A DNA stretch of 62,985 nt, filler included, from Rhabdomonas costata (GCA_019059605.1; 54 parts of 54 records of this genome joined end to end with filler, not necessarily neighbours in it), one strand, 5' to 3'. Shown: positions 24,901-37,604, counted from the first letter of the whole stretch. Notes: a model not told the origin generated them from the sequence alone. Numbers and translations: made by a program.

Positions 24901-27052
24901 CTGAGTGAGAGCCAGCGCGTGAGCCAGATAGCTCGCAGACCCCACCCCCTTTCCCCATATTGGCAGACCAATTCCAATACCGCGCGTGCGGGCAAACGCG
25001 CGGAATATCACTGAGACATTTTTCCAAAAGAAAAACACCGCTTTCCCTTGACTACGATGTGAGGTCCCAAGTCTGTGCCTTTTTCTTTCGGGGGTTTCCC
25101 GGAGTGGCACGGGACAACGGGAACGTAGGAGGAAGTGTAATTTTAGGGATGTTGGGCAAGTCATATCAACTCAGATTGCACGCGTTGCATGCCGAAGTCT
25201 GAAAAGCACTGCAACTACTCCCAAGCGAAACATCAACACGTACATACCGCAAAGTATGCGCCCATTTGCAATTTTTCAAATCATGGTTCAAATGAAGGTG
25301 AACAGGAGCTTGAATGTAGAAGCACTGAATTCCTTCTCTCCCTTTCATATCCCACCATTAGCGACACCTAACCTGTACAGCTTGGTCATGGAAAAAAACA
25401 ACAGAAGGGCAGATGAGTGCGCGGGAGAATCCCAAAGGAAAGGCGGACTGCTGTCGAACGTGTCGAAGATGAAATCCCAGGGATTCCTCCCTCCGACCCG
25501 ATTTCAACGATGGGGGGGGGGCGTCCAGTGAGTCTAGTAACCAATAACATTGAGTACCCCATCACACCCCAATATTCATCCCAACCTGAGCTCGACAGTT
25601 ACCCAAAAACNNNNNNNNNNNNNNNNNNNNNNNNNNNNNNNNNNNNNNNNNNNNTTAATTAATTAANNNNNNNNNNNNNNNNNNNNNNNNNNNNNNNNNN
25701 NNNNNNNNNNGGGTTTTGGGGTGATTATTCTCGCGCGGCCTTTACCCTCTTGGGGGTGGTTTCCTTGGTTAATGTAATTAGCAAGCGTATAATAGCAATG
25801 CTAATCTGTAATTCACAGTGCCAATGATGACATCAAACATTCTCATTTGTGGACATTGAGCCAGTTTCCTGCCTTGTCTCTTTTTCATCATCTTTCATAC
25901 CCTTCACCTAAAATACTTCCAGAGAATGAGAGCTCTCCCTGCCAGATCCATTGAACCTTAAAGCACGCCTGAACCAATTTGGGACTGGAACGTTACTTTA
26001 ACCTCCGTACCCCGGCCCCTCCTCACACAGTGCAAAAACAAGCAAAAACGCACAGGCACAGAGGTCCACACGTATTGGACACGCACCAAGCTGCTAGGCT
26101 AGCATCGTCGACACCGGGCTCAAGCGTTTTCAATGTAGAGAGTAACATACGTATTTGTTGATGACCAGTGCCATCACGCACCAAATTATTGGATGAAAAT
26201 GACTTTCGGAGACCGGACGTACACAGCAGTTTTTCGAAATGAAGTTTAACGAGAAAAAAACATGGCCCGGGGTTTTCTCAAAGGGAAACGAAACAGGTGC
26301 GTATAAAAAATGAACAATGCATTTTGTCCAGTGCCACAAACCGATTCAGCTGGCCCCCCAAAAAGGTTGCGTTGAGCCAAAAAAGAATACCACAGCCGAC
26401 AGCGCAGAGCCAAAACCCAAAAAATGACTAGTTCTCTGCCCAATCAAAAAGTACTGACGTCATGTGCTCTCATGATATCGTGAGAACACCGTTAGACGGC
26501 AGGCAAGATTATCTCTTCCAACTATTCATCAAACCAGAGCAGAGAAAATGAGGTGATGAAGGCCTTGGCCACAACCAGAGCATTCGGGATTACAATTGCC
26601 CCATTTTATCGGAAACCATCCGGATGAGGGCCTCTCCCAGATCTCCAAATTTAGTAACCTCGTGAAGTGCCCAGGCAAACCAAACCCTGAAGCGTATCAA
26701 AAAGCAGGTTGCCATGGGCCCCGCAAAAAGGGCTATTCTCTGTGCCACAGCAGTGCGCTGAGTGAATTCAAAACCCACNNNNNNNNNNNNNNNNNNNNNN
26801 NNNNNNNNNNNNNNNNNNNNNNTTAATTAATTAANNNNNNNNNNNNNNNNNNNNNNNNNNNNNNNNNNNNNNNNNNNNTTGTGTTGGGAGTGAAAGAAAA
26901 TAAGCGCACCTTGGGGACCGGTGTGACGCTCCCATTCAGGGGCGAGGTTCTTGGGGTGAGGTTTTCCGATTTCAGACTGTTGTTGGTACTTTGTATGCAT
27001 GAGTGCGTGTTCACTACAACTGTTTCATTTTGTTGCACCTCTGCTTCTTCAG

Positions 27053-27634
27053 GTGCCCCGCACGTGGGGGCAGCTGCCGAGGTTCGCAGAAGGACCCCAG
27101 GCCTGCCCACCTCAGTTCGCTATTGCCGACCCCGAGACACGCCTCGAGCTGTTCACCCCGAAAGACCCGGGCTCATGTTGCAGTGCTCGCCTGGATGCGC
27201 TGCTGTGCCTGGGCCAGCCTGGCACCACCACAGTCTGCTTCGAGGTGCTCGACAGCGTAGGTGGCTCGGGACTGACCTTTGGGGTGGCCCCCAAGAGCAC
27301 CTGCGGGGATTTGCAGGAGCGCCAGCGTGTCCTTCCGGGAGAAGATTCTTGGTCCTCCGGGCTGAGCCTCTGTTTCCAGCGCGGCAAAGCCTTCCACAAC
27401 GGCAGATATACTATTATAGGCGTAAAAGTGAGGGCCGGGGAGCGGGTGGAGGTGAGGGTGGACCGCAGCGACCCCAGTGACCCCATGGGGGGCACGGTGG
27501 CCTTCGCGGTGAACGGCGCCGTGGTGTGGGGCGGGGTGCCTGCGCTAAGGTTGGGCTTCACAGAGGACGCCTTTGTGGTGGTGTCGATGCACCATGAAGG
27601 GAAGAGGGTTCGCATTGTGGAGGACGCTGCGTGA
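27053..27634 (+). CDS. Terminal exon encoding a SPRY/B30.2-like beta-sandwich domain
   Basis: FEV....GLTFGVA, PGEDSWS.G, GKAFHNG, AGERVEVRVD, GTVAFAVNG pattern; CAG acceptor, TGA stop. Confidence 0.7.
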   Translation: MPRTWGQLPRFAEGPQACPPQFAIADPETRLELFTPKDPGSCCSARLDALLCLGQPGTTTVCFEVLDSVGGSGLTFGVAPKSTCGDLQERQRVLPGEDSWSSGLSLCFQRGKAFHNGRYTIIGVKVRAGERVEVRVDRSDPSDPMGGTVAFAVNGAVVWGGVPALRLGFTEDAFVVVSMHHEGKRVRIVEDAA

Positions 27635-29465
27635 GGAGGGTTTGCGCTGTTTCTCTTTCATCTCCGCTTCACTGCTTTTTCGTGAGCAAGCGGCGTCCCA
27701 CAAACTCTTCTTTGCCATTTTTCTCTTCCGTACTTCCATCCTGCATTCCTCAGCACAGCCTTCAGGAATTCTTTCCTCCCTCCCACATACGTACGTAGAC
27801 CTCCACCAGTTTTCCGTGTTTGCCTTGGGCCACCGTTTTATAGAGAGGGAGAGGGGTGACTGGTGATCGATTGGCAGTGAACGGAAGGAGAGAGTGGGTG
27901 GAGAAGAGTGCGTGAGAAAGACTGTGTGCCCTGTGTCCCCCCCCACNNNNNNNNNNNNNNNNNNNNNNNNNNNNNNNNNNNNNNNNNNNNTTAATTAATT
28001 AANNNNNNNNNNNNNNNNNNNNNNNNNNNNNNNNNNNNNNNNNNNNTGTTTTTTTGGGATCTGATAAACTTCACGAGCCCAGACCTGTGTTTTTGTGATG
28101 GATGCCTAATGGATACAGAATACTCACGCACGCGTGAAGGGATATACAAGAATAGAGAGAAAAGCAATCGGAAGGGGATAGGAATCATGTGGGACAGAAT
28201 GACTAAAGGCAGGGTTGCACCGACCTCAAACTACAACGTTGGGGTGCTCAATGGTCAATTCCATTGTGTCAATTGTTCAACGTTACATCCGTAAATACAA
28301 AGAAACCTCAAGAATATCCTTAAAAACTGGGCCAATGTTCAAGGTCAGAGTTCAAAGTTCACTTCACTTCACAGTTCGATCCGTATTCATCAACCGCATT
28401 CCATTCATTCCATCGGAACAAAATGTACCCCACCACCACCAGGATGCACGAGGAGAAGCAAACCTGCTCCATCTCCTCAAGCTCCTGCGGAGTCTTTTCT
28501 TGCAGCATTGTGAAAACCTCTTGGCTTACACTGGGGTGCATTCCGGCGGGACAGGCTGAGGGGTCCTTTGGGAGGAGTGGAAGAAGTGGGAAACAAATTC
28601 CCTTCACGGTGGATGAAACAAGGCAATAATAATCCAATCGGCCATCGGAATCTGTCAGGTGGCCACTTGGCCTTTCATGGAGAAGCAAACGAGCAAGGAG
28701 GGGAACCCGCAAAGGCGGTCTCAATTCCCGCTCGCAAATAGCGATTTCACTAAAAACACAAACTTCACGAGGGTTGACGACGGAAAAAGAAAGGGACCGG
28801 GGCGAAACTCAAAGAAGATGCGAAACAAGCCAAAAACGATGCAGATCAAACAAGCCAAGTAAACAAGCAAACTAACTAGTACTGAGTAGGCTGCCCCAAA
28901 TTGACGAGTCACCGAGTCACCGCTTTGCGGAGCGCCCTCCCTACCAGCATTCATGTTGGAGTTACGAACCTTAGTTTCGCTGTAGCTCACGAAGTGAATT
29001 CGCGAACCTTGAGAAAAACTGAGCCAGAAACCGCTCCACTTGGCGCACCGTACACCCCCAAAGCGTCTGTAGCCCGCATTTATGGCAGGTGTGAAATTTT
29101 TTTTTACAACCACANNNNNNNNNNNNNNNNNNNNNNNNNNNNNNNNNNNNNNNNNNNNTTAATTAATTAANNNNNNNNNNNNNNNNNNNNNNNNNNNNNN
29201 NNNNNNNNNNNNNNGTGGGTGGGTCGGGTACGTTGCCCCAGGACTGAGGGCCCCTTCCCCTCTCTTCCGTTTTTTTCTTTTTTGTTTTTGGTTTTTGTGT
29301 TTGGTTTACATCGTTGAATGCAAGATTCTATTTCTTGTCTATCTGGTGTTTTTGCAACACATAAATGACTGAGACCGGCTCCAATCAAAGGCAAGAATTG
29401 TTGCTACCTTGTGGGCTTTTTCACGCTGGTGGGTGCGCACCCTTCCCCGCGGGTCCACAAACAAG

Positions 29466-30264
29466 GGCGGAAAAGGAATGTGGAGCACTGGATCGGGCAT
29501 CCCAACTTCGAGCTCATTGACCATGACGTGACTGAGCCCCTTTTCCTGCAGGTCCCTGGCTTCAGAGGGCATCTTGTACATTCTGTTCCACCAAGCTAGG
29601 CGGAAAGATATAAAAAGAGCTGTGCGTTTCAAAAGAAAAAAAATCGAAAGGCCCCCCTTGAGAAGGGAACCAAAAATCGGGGTGAAAGCAGGAAGCAGAA
29701 ACAGCTTGCCGTCACAGTGTGTTTGGCCATTTGGCTCAGGTCGAAAATTGTCGTTCGAAAAAGAAATTGAATTCTGTCTGTTCCGCAAAAATCCACTACA
29801 AGAAGAGAAAAAATGCGAGAGCGATAAAGAGGTGAAAGAAAGAGAGCTCACAGTGACTTGCTTTGGAAAGAGATTTTTCACACGAGGTGGGACTGGAAGG
29901 ATGGACTTGCCGAGGGAGGAAAGGACGATGAAAGAATAATTGATGTCAGGTGCAGGCTAGGGTTTACGCTGCGATTGGGTGCGATTGAGCCAACGGCAGA
30001 GGGGTGAATGGCTTATGCATCCGTCCGTAGCATCCATTCATAGCATCCATTCATAATGCTGGGTGGTCGCGGGCGGCACCAATACGGCAGGTGGACCGGA
30101 TCTATCACCTGGCCTGCCCGGCCTCCCCAGTGCACTACCAGCACAACCCCGTGAAGACGATCAAGACCAGCGCCCTGGGAACCCTGAACATGCTGGGGCT
30201 GGCGCGTCGCGTGAAGGCCAGGATGCTCCTGGCCAGCACCTCCGAGGTCTACGGAGACCCCCAG
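29466..30264 (+). CDS. UXS1: UDP-glucuronate decarboxylase (UDP-xylose synthase); exons 29466-29551 and 30091-30264
   Basis: [52 protein letters not shown]...[28 protein letters not shown]. Confidence 0.96.
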
Positions 30265-30791
30265 GTCTCAGTCACCCCCACCNNNNNNNNNNNNNNNNNN
30301 NNNNNNNNNNNNNNNNNNNNNNNNNNTTAATTAATTAANNNNNNNNNNNNNNNNNNNNNNNNNNNNNNNNNNNNNNNNNNNNGTTGGTTGTGTAAAGTTG
30401 TGACATATGCTGTGATGTGACTTGCTTCTGCCCCAACTTTAAAGCAGGAGCAGGAGCTGCTGAAGCTTTGTCAATGTTGCTTGCAGGAGTCTTTGATTAG
30501 AATAGCTTCCACACAGCACCGTACACATGGATAATTACTGCACATTTCCTAGCCTTTATCTTATCTATTACATGTTCTTTCCATTAGTTAGGCAAACACG
30601 CCCATAGGAAAAACGCTAACTGCAAATAATTTACCAATGATATCATCATTTATATGAAAATTATTTACCTATTATATCCTGCACCCACAGTTCATCTGAA
30701 CCAAACATTTTACCACCAGTTTATTTAATAATACCTGATTAATAATATCTATAATTCAATAATAATTCAATAATAACTCTCATCTTCTTGT

Positions 30792-31320
30792 GCTCGGATT
30801 TACTGGCTAGTTGGAGTAGCCCTTGCCGCGGGTCAGCAAAAACCCGCGAGCGGGGGAGGGGTCCCTGCGAGCGCCAAAAACAACATGTGTACTCTACTAA
30901 AACGCCTACAAAAGCAAAATCCCGACCCTTCCTCTTCCACCCCAGCTGGACCACATTCCAAATTCCAGCCTAGCTGAGTTGGCTGCGCACTGGGCCAAGG
31001 GTGCACCCCTTTGGCAGCGTCCCGGGTTCGAGTCCCAGTTTTGCCACCTTCCCCAGGGGGCTTTTCCCTTATTGCGGGCCCTATGGCCCAGCTTCCAAAC
31101 CTTCCCCGTAGCTGAGTGGGCTGCGGTGCACCTCGTCCGTGCCAGAGATCCGGGTTCAAACCCCATCCCGTGCCGAAAATTTTCCTTCCCCGAACTGCCC
31201 GTGGGCTATGCAAGGGAGCTTTCCCCGGATACCCGCTTCCACTCGTAGTCCAGTTGGGAAGCACCTTGCACGGGCAGCCCATAGGGTACCGCTCCCCGGG
31301 TTCAATCCCCGCTCCAGACC
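30792..31320 (+). repeat. Array of tRNA-like units with Pol III A/B boxes (multimeric tRNA-derived SINE or tRNA pseudogenes)
   Basis: A boxes at 30971, 31109 and 31246; B boxes at 31025, 31153 and 31299; no intact acceptor stems in these three units. Confidence 0.7.
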
Positions 31321-33065
31321 GAAAAAGTCGAAATTTTCGAAAGTAGACCGGTAGACCGAAAACCGAATCCACCTTCCAAACTGAGAGTTACTTTTTCCCG
31401 GGACAGCCAGGTGCTCAGCAAAGGCTCGCTTCCTCTGACCCACCAACATCNNNNNNNNNNNNNNNNNNNNNNNNNNNNNNNNNNNNNNNNNNNNTTAATT
31501 AATTAANNNNNNNNNNNNNNNNNNNNNNNNNNNNNNNNNNNNNNNNNNNNGCTGGCGGGGAGGGTGGGGGCCAAGGAGCTGGAGGTATTTTTTGGTGCCA
31601 AGTTGTGGGAGTTACTTACGAGACCTTATTTTTCTCCCGGGAATCGGATGATTGGATATTCTAAGTGTTCCGCATGTTCATTTCTCATTTGTTTCTTTTT
31701 GCAGACGGTTCGCATGCACGAGATGTGGCTGCGGATGAACAACGTGGCCCGTGCCAAGGAGACTGCCCGCCGGTTGCCCATCCTCCAGTTTCTTTTTTCG
31801 GACGCCCCCGCACTCATTTATTGGGTTCACCAGATGCACTGTCTGCTTTTATGAAGCCCACCACTTTGTAGCTTCATCAGATGCGCCTGTTGAAGTCTCA
31901 TGTTGCTTTGAGTTTCTGGATGTTTGAGTTTTCATCCGCTGTGCTGTGTGCAGTGTGCATAATGCTTTGGGTGGGTCACCTGAGTTCTCGGCAGTGCTGT
32001 TTCCGAAGATGCCAACAGGCTCATGCCAACACTGACTCCATCTGATCGCAATAGCTCGCCCCATCCTTCATCTTGGAGACTTTTGCATGGAAAGAGAACC
32101 CTCTCAGGCTTGAACCGAGCTCCGGAATGAACAGTCGACCGTCGTTGTTGGCTGTGGCCAGCATCGTGTGTGCTAAAGGGAGAAAACCCCGCAAGGCGAA
32201 CAGAAACGAAACATGAAACGAACCATTTCAGTGCGCGTGTGTGGAGGAGAAGAGAGGGGTTCCTATTTCCTGTGGCCATGCAGGTCGCATGTGCGAACAC
32301 CTTATTCTTGCAAAACCACCCAATTCACATGTGAATTTATATGCAAACGTGATGCCTTCGTTTCGGATGAAAGCAGGCTGAAGGCTTGTGTGTGTATGTG
32401 TTTGTGTGTGTGATCGAGCCCCCTTGGAAGTGCCCGTGTGAGAGTTTGGGCGTGCACGCAGGGAGGCAGAGGTTCAGCTTGCGCTGGCGCGGAAGCAGCT
32501 CAGTGCGAAACTCAAGGTAAGCACAACTCTGCCTCGCCCGCGTTGGATTTTGTGTGGGGTCGTCTGAAGTGGTGCCGCGCTGCTTGCCTTTCCGTGGCAT
32601 CACTTCAGACCACCCCCCNNNNNNNNNNNNNNNNNNNNNNNNNNNNNNNNNNNNNNNNNNNNTTAATTAATTAANNNNNNNNNNNNNNNNNNNNNNNNNN
32701 NNNNNNNNNNNNNNNNNNGGTGTTTCGGCTCAGGGACGAAATGTGCTCCTCGATTTCACTTTCGATGGCAGATCATAGGTTCAGGCCATGGCTCAGGTGT
32801 GCACATGTTCTCTTGCTGTCAAGCTGAAGAAGAAGGGGTGCGAGGTTCTGAGGCTGTGCATGTGGGTGGGTGCGTGGTCGGACGGGTTCCTGAAATTCGC
32901 TCTTTAGGGGATTTCAATCGTCGAAATGCTGCTGCGGCTCGGCGACACAGGCCACACACAAACGTGTGTTTCATGTAATGTGGTTGTCTGCTTTGCTGAG
33001 CCCCGCTTGCCCTTCTGGTTAGGGTGACTGATTTCGTGCTGTTCCTGGTTTTCACTGGTGTTCAG

Positions 33066-33659
33066 CTTTTGGGGCAGCTCACGACAAAGCTGTGCGCCAT
33101 CTACACAACATGCAACGCGCAGTTTCGATATGACTGTGAAAACAATCCTTGCAGAGCCCTCACGGAACCCTCAAAAGGTTGGCGGCTGTCTGAAAGGCAG
33201 TTTTTTTGGTTTGAAAAGTCACTTGCAGTTTTTCATTAAGGTCATCTTACGCACAGGAGTGTCCAATTCTGGGCGAGACAACAAAAATCATGAGCTCATC
33301 ATGCATGTCAACGACGAGCTGGGCGTGAACCACCCCAACAGGTTGCGTGGCGAGTTTCTTTTCAGTGTGATGAACGTTCAACCATGTCATGTCCATGCCA
33401 TGCCATGCCGAAGCGCGTCGCTGTCGGCTGAAGCCCCAAAAACGTGCTGACCACCGCAAATTGACCCAGCATTGTTCCCGGGATAAAAAAGAGTGAAGAA
33501 AAAGAACAAAATAGCAAAGGCTGTCTTCTTTTTTTCGGGTTAAAAACTGGCCGTTTTTTTTGGCTTCATCTGCGTTGGTTCAGATACCTCGTGCTGGGAA
33601 TCCTTGGATGTGGCTCCTTTGGGCAGGTGGTGAAGGCGTTGAACGTGCGAACCAAGGAG
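33066..33659 (+). CDS. YAK1: YAK1/DYRK-family protein kinase, N-terminal exons 33066-33177, 33257-33341 and 33584-33659
   Basis: LTTKL..IY.TCN.QFRY...NP.RALTEPSKGVSNSG.DN..HELIMHVND.L...RYLVL.ILG.GSFGQVVK; phase-compatible GT-AG introns. Confidence 0.88.
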
Positions 33660-34414
33660 GTGTATCTGTGTTTTCTCGTTTCACCAAGATCACGTTGCGT
33701 GGCCCAGTTGAGGCCCCTGTCACCCACCATTTTGAATTCATTTCTCCTTATTTTTACTGAAAGTTTGGGAAATTTGCAAAAAAAACNNNNNNNNNNNNNN
33801 NNNNNNNNNNNNNNNNNNNNNNNNNNNNNNTTAATTAATTAANNNNNNNNNNNNNNNNNNNNNNNNNNNNNNNNNNNNNNNNNNNNGTTTTTTTGTTTTT
33901 GAGTTGTTTCTTTCTCTGCGCATCTGGGAGGCCGATTAGGGGACAGAGCAAACGTTGGAGCACTGCACATGTATGCATACAAAGGGTCCAACATGCGTCG
34001 GATGTGACATTCACTCTGAAATGAAGCACCCATGACAGTGGCGATTTTCGATTTGGTATACCTCCATCAAGAAGACAGTGTGCTTGCACAAAAGTCCGAC
34101 AGAATTGGAGAAAAGCCGGCAAGTTGTAAAGAGATGGATCAGCAGTGTGAGTTCTTTTTGGTCCTTCACAATTTGCGTGGAGCACTGAGACCCGACTGTG
34201 TTCACCCTGTCTCCCTAATTCCTGTCAGGAATCTCTACTGTTGGAGGCGAAACCGTCCTGGAGTCTGCTTGCGTTCCATTCGAACTGATCTTGTGTTCTC
34301 TCTGTGCAGCATAGTCTACAGGCTGCAAGGAGTTGCTTTTGGTGCACTCCGCATTTGTGTTTCATTTCTTTGAGGCAAATGTTGTCCAGACTTTCCCCTG
34401 CCATGTCTGCGCAG

Positions 34415-34551
34415 ACTACGTTGATCGTGGGCCATTCAGCGTGGAGTGTGTGCTGTTGTGCCTGGCGCTGAAGTGCCTGAGCCCCTCAACATTTTTCATG
34501 CTTCGGGGCAACCACGAGGACCCCTTGGTCAACGGCGACACCGAAGTTTAC
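34415..34551 (+). CDS. PPP-family Ser/Thr phosphatase catalytic exon
   Basis: DYVDRG..SVE...L.LALK......F.LRGNHE motifs; 3' boundary approximate. Confidence 0.9.
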
Positions 34552-35256
34552 CGTACGCATCCTTGCCACTCACTGTTCCAGTGTTGCCAATGAAAACTTG
34601 TTCACTGAGGTCTTGTAGGGTTTTTTTTGCAGTCTGTGATGCAGTCGTCACTAATGATTGCCGCGTGGATGCTGCTTTTTTTTTCTAATATTGGCTGCTT
34701 TCCATGACACTACGCCGCTGCTTGCTTGGTGCGGAGGCATCAACGCCTGCATGGCTGGGAAGTGGAAAGTTGCCGGCGAGCTGTAAAATGATGCCAGTGT
34801 AGGACCCGTTAGCCAGGCTGCGTAGGGGCCACTTGAACAAACCTCTCGAACCTCAAAAACCTCTCTACCTGTGGCCCACAGGCCGCTCGTCGGCATGCAA
34901 CCTGGGCCACAGTGGCACACTACCTCAGGGTGCCTGGAGCTTTTCCACACAACCNNNNNNNNNNNNNNNNNNNNNNNNNNNNNNNNNNNNNNNNNNNNTT
35001 AATTAATTAANNNNNNNNNNNNNNNNNNNNNNNNNNNNNNNNNNNNNNNNNNNNGTGTGTGGGTAAGGGCTGGATTTTGTCGGTTTTCGTTCAACAGGAG
35101 GTGCATCCCACCGCAACCTGATCCAGCTGAACGAAAACCGACAAAATCCAGCCCTTACCCAGATACATTCAATATGCGCACTTCCGGTAAATCAGGGGAA
35201 GCCATATGACACGCACGCCGGGAAGGGTGGGAAGGCAATGAAGGGGGCAGGGTCAC

Positions 35257-35956
35257 GAACCCCCGGTCCAGAGGGGTCTCTGTGAGGTGCCCCCGGGCCT
35301 TCTGCAGCTCCAGGACCTCCTTGAAGCTCTGCGCAGGGAGCAACGCGCGGCCCTCCAGAGTGGTGAAGGGCTGCACAGAGTGCAGGAGCTCCTCCTCGTA
35401 CAGCCCCATACTACCACTCTGATTTTTTTTTGGGAGAGGGCCGTGAGCAGGGTGTCATCATATTGTGCCAGGAACAACATACCCGGCAAAATATCAAAAC
35501 TCAACGCGAAAAACATTCGAGCACAGGACAGCACAGTTCACAACAAAAAATACGCAACCCGTAAACTCCGATGGCCGTGGATGTGCGCACCGTGCTTTAA
35601 AAACAAAAAAAGACGCTTCCAAGCTGGGTTTTCCGTGCTCAGGCGCAAGGCGTTGCGTATTTCTATTTACACGTGATCCAAGTGAAATAATTGGCATCTG
35701 AACAGTGCTCATGAGTTCACGAGCCATCATGAGTTCGTGAGTGCTTTTCTGATTGGAAAAAAAACACCTGGGCCAGAGTGATCAGGAGGACCAGGCCAGG
35801 GTCCCAGGTGAACTTCGGGAAGATCTCGGAGGGGGTGACGGGCTCTGGGGTCCATGGTTTCTTGCCCCAGTCCATGTGGCGGTAGTCTCGAATCACTTTC
35901 CACCGCTTAAACGCGAACCCATACTGCTTCAGAGCCCATCCCGTGGCGCGAAACAT
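35257..35956 (-). CDS. Unknown protein, first two exons (35956-35768 and 35418-~35257), possibly mitochondrial
   Basis: GCCATG start, basic N-terminus MFRATGWALKQYGFAFKRWK, phase-0 GT-AG intron. Confidence 0.55.
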
Positions 35957-37390
35957 GGCGCCACTCCCCTTCCCCCGCCCTTTCGCCTTTTTTATAGAAA
36001 CCCTGTAAGAAAACGTACCCCTTCACACAAAGTAAAAAGATTGCAAAAGCAGAAAGATCACTGAGAAAAAAAGGAGACAGGACGAAACCGGGTTGCAGCA
36101 CGAAGGAAAACCCACCCCCCCCNNNNNNNNNNNNNNNNNNNNNNNNNNNNNNNNNNNNNNNNNNNNTTAATTAATTAANNNNNNNNNNNNNNNNNNNNNN
36201 NNNNNNNNNNNNNNNNNNNNNNTGTGGGTGGGAAGAAGAGGAGAAGGCCCTGGCCAACCGTCTTGCTCAGAACCGGAGCTAAGGCCCACTTCTCGCGCTT
36301 TTCCTCTTCTTCCCAGCTCAAAAGAAACCGCCCAGTGCTGTTGCATGTGGGGAGAGGGGAGAGGTGACCTTCTTGCGTACTCTCCTGTTGCTTTCGTTCT
36401 TCTGAAAAATTATCTTGGGGTGCAGCGATTTGAAAGAGAAAAGGGAAAGAGGGATTTGGAAGTTGGAACTTCTGTTTTTTCGTGAGTTGTCCGAATCGGA
36501 TTCGAATGTGGGTCCATGTTTTCTTGTGTGAATGTTCCGCTCGTGCTTTGTCAGCTTTTCACAATGTATTATCTCAACCCCTGTCAGGCCTGCTAGCCTT
36601 ATCTTCGTGTTCACAGTGGTAGCATACGCCGCGTGGCCTTCAAACCTCCGGCCTTGCGATGACAACGACGATGTTGTTGTGTTCCTTCCGGTTTTCTTGA
36701 CGCGTACACACGTGTAGGATTATATGCGAGGGAAATGCCGGAATTAGTTTCGTGTGCTACGACATGGTGCTTAGATCCCGCATTGTATTATGGTGAAGCA
36801 CAAGTTTTGGTGGTTTGCGAAAGAAGTTATCAAACAACCCCGCATTCATATTCAATTATCCTCAAAATGCCTTCCCAACGGGCATCGATTATTATTGTTC
36901 GGGGGTCTTCCCTTCCCCGAAGGCAGATGCTGTTGCGCGGATGGGGATGTGCTGGTATGTAATCACTGATAGGGTTTTCACGGCGAAAGAGATGCGTACG
37001 ATGTTTGCGACCCGAAGTGTGCGCTCCCTTTACGCATATCTGCGTTTCGTTTTCCGTGGCTTCCCCTGGCCATGTCAAAGGTGGAACGATACGTGGCCGT
37101 CAAGGCATCCGAATCAGTTCGCCGCCATGAAATTCATCAGCTGCCGCTCTGTCACTCTTTTTTAATGCATGCTTGTCCTAAAAGGATAACTTTGGCCAAC
37201 TTAGGCAACTCGGGCATCGCCATGTTTCTCGATCGGGTTCCCTCCAACAGAAGGTTGTTTTTCGAAATGAAATGCACGGTGTTACTAGCGNNNNNNNNNN
37301 NNNNNNNNNNNNNNNNNNNNNNNNNNNNNNNNNNTTAATTAATTAANNNNNNNNNNNNNNNNNNNNNNNNNNNNNNNNNNNNNNNNNNNN

Positions 37391-37604
37391 AGGCCTGGCG
37401 TTTGCTCCCGTGGTGGCGAACACCTGCTGCGGTTGGGAAGCCTCTGCAGTGGCATTCCTGCGCGGCCTGTTCCGGCGCTACCGGGCGCGGTCTGGGGTCT
37501 CCCCCTCGGAAGTGTACCCGGCGCTGTGGGGCCGGGTTTTTGCTGGGCTTGCGCAAGCGATTGGCCGTCCTGGGTCTTGGGTTGGTGGGTTCCTCTGGTT
37601 GTGA
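37391..37604 (+). mobile_element. 3' end of a non-LTR retrotransposon ORF with restriction-like endonuclease (CRE/SLACS-like), degenerate
   Basis: GLAFAPVVANTCCGWEASAVAFLRGL...SG.....YPALWGRV.AGL resembles the F.P.V.ET.G.W...A...L..L / L..R.S..L terminal motif. Confidence 0.6.

Noticed and set aside
30965..31320. Three functional tRNA genes
   Set aside because: Acceptor stems do not pair and no canonical 7-nt anticodon loops are identifiable
35060..35161. 34-bp perfect hairpin
   Set aside because: Contig-terminal, with a perfect outer and imperfect inner stem: same artefact signature
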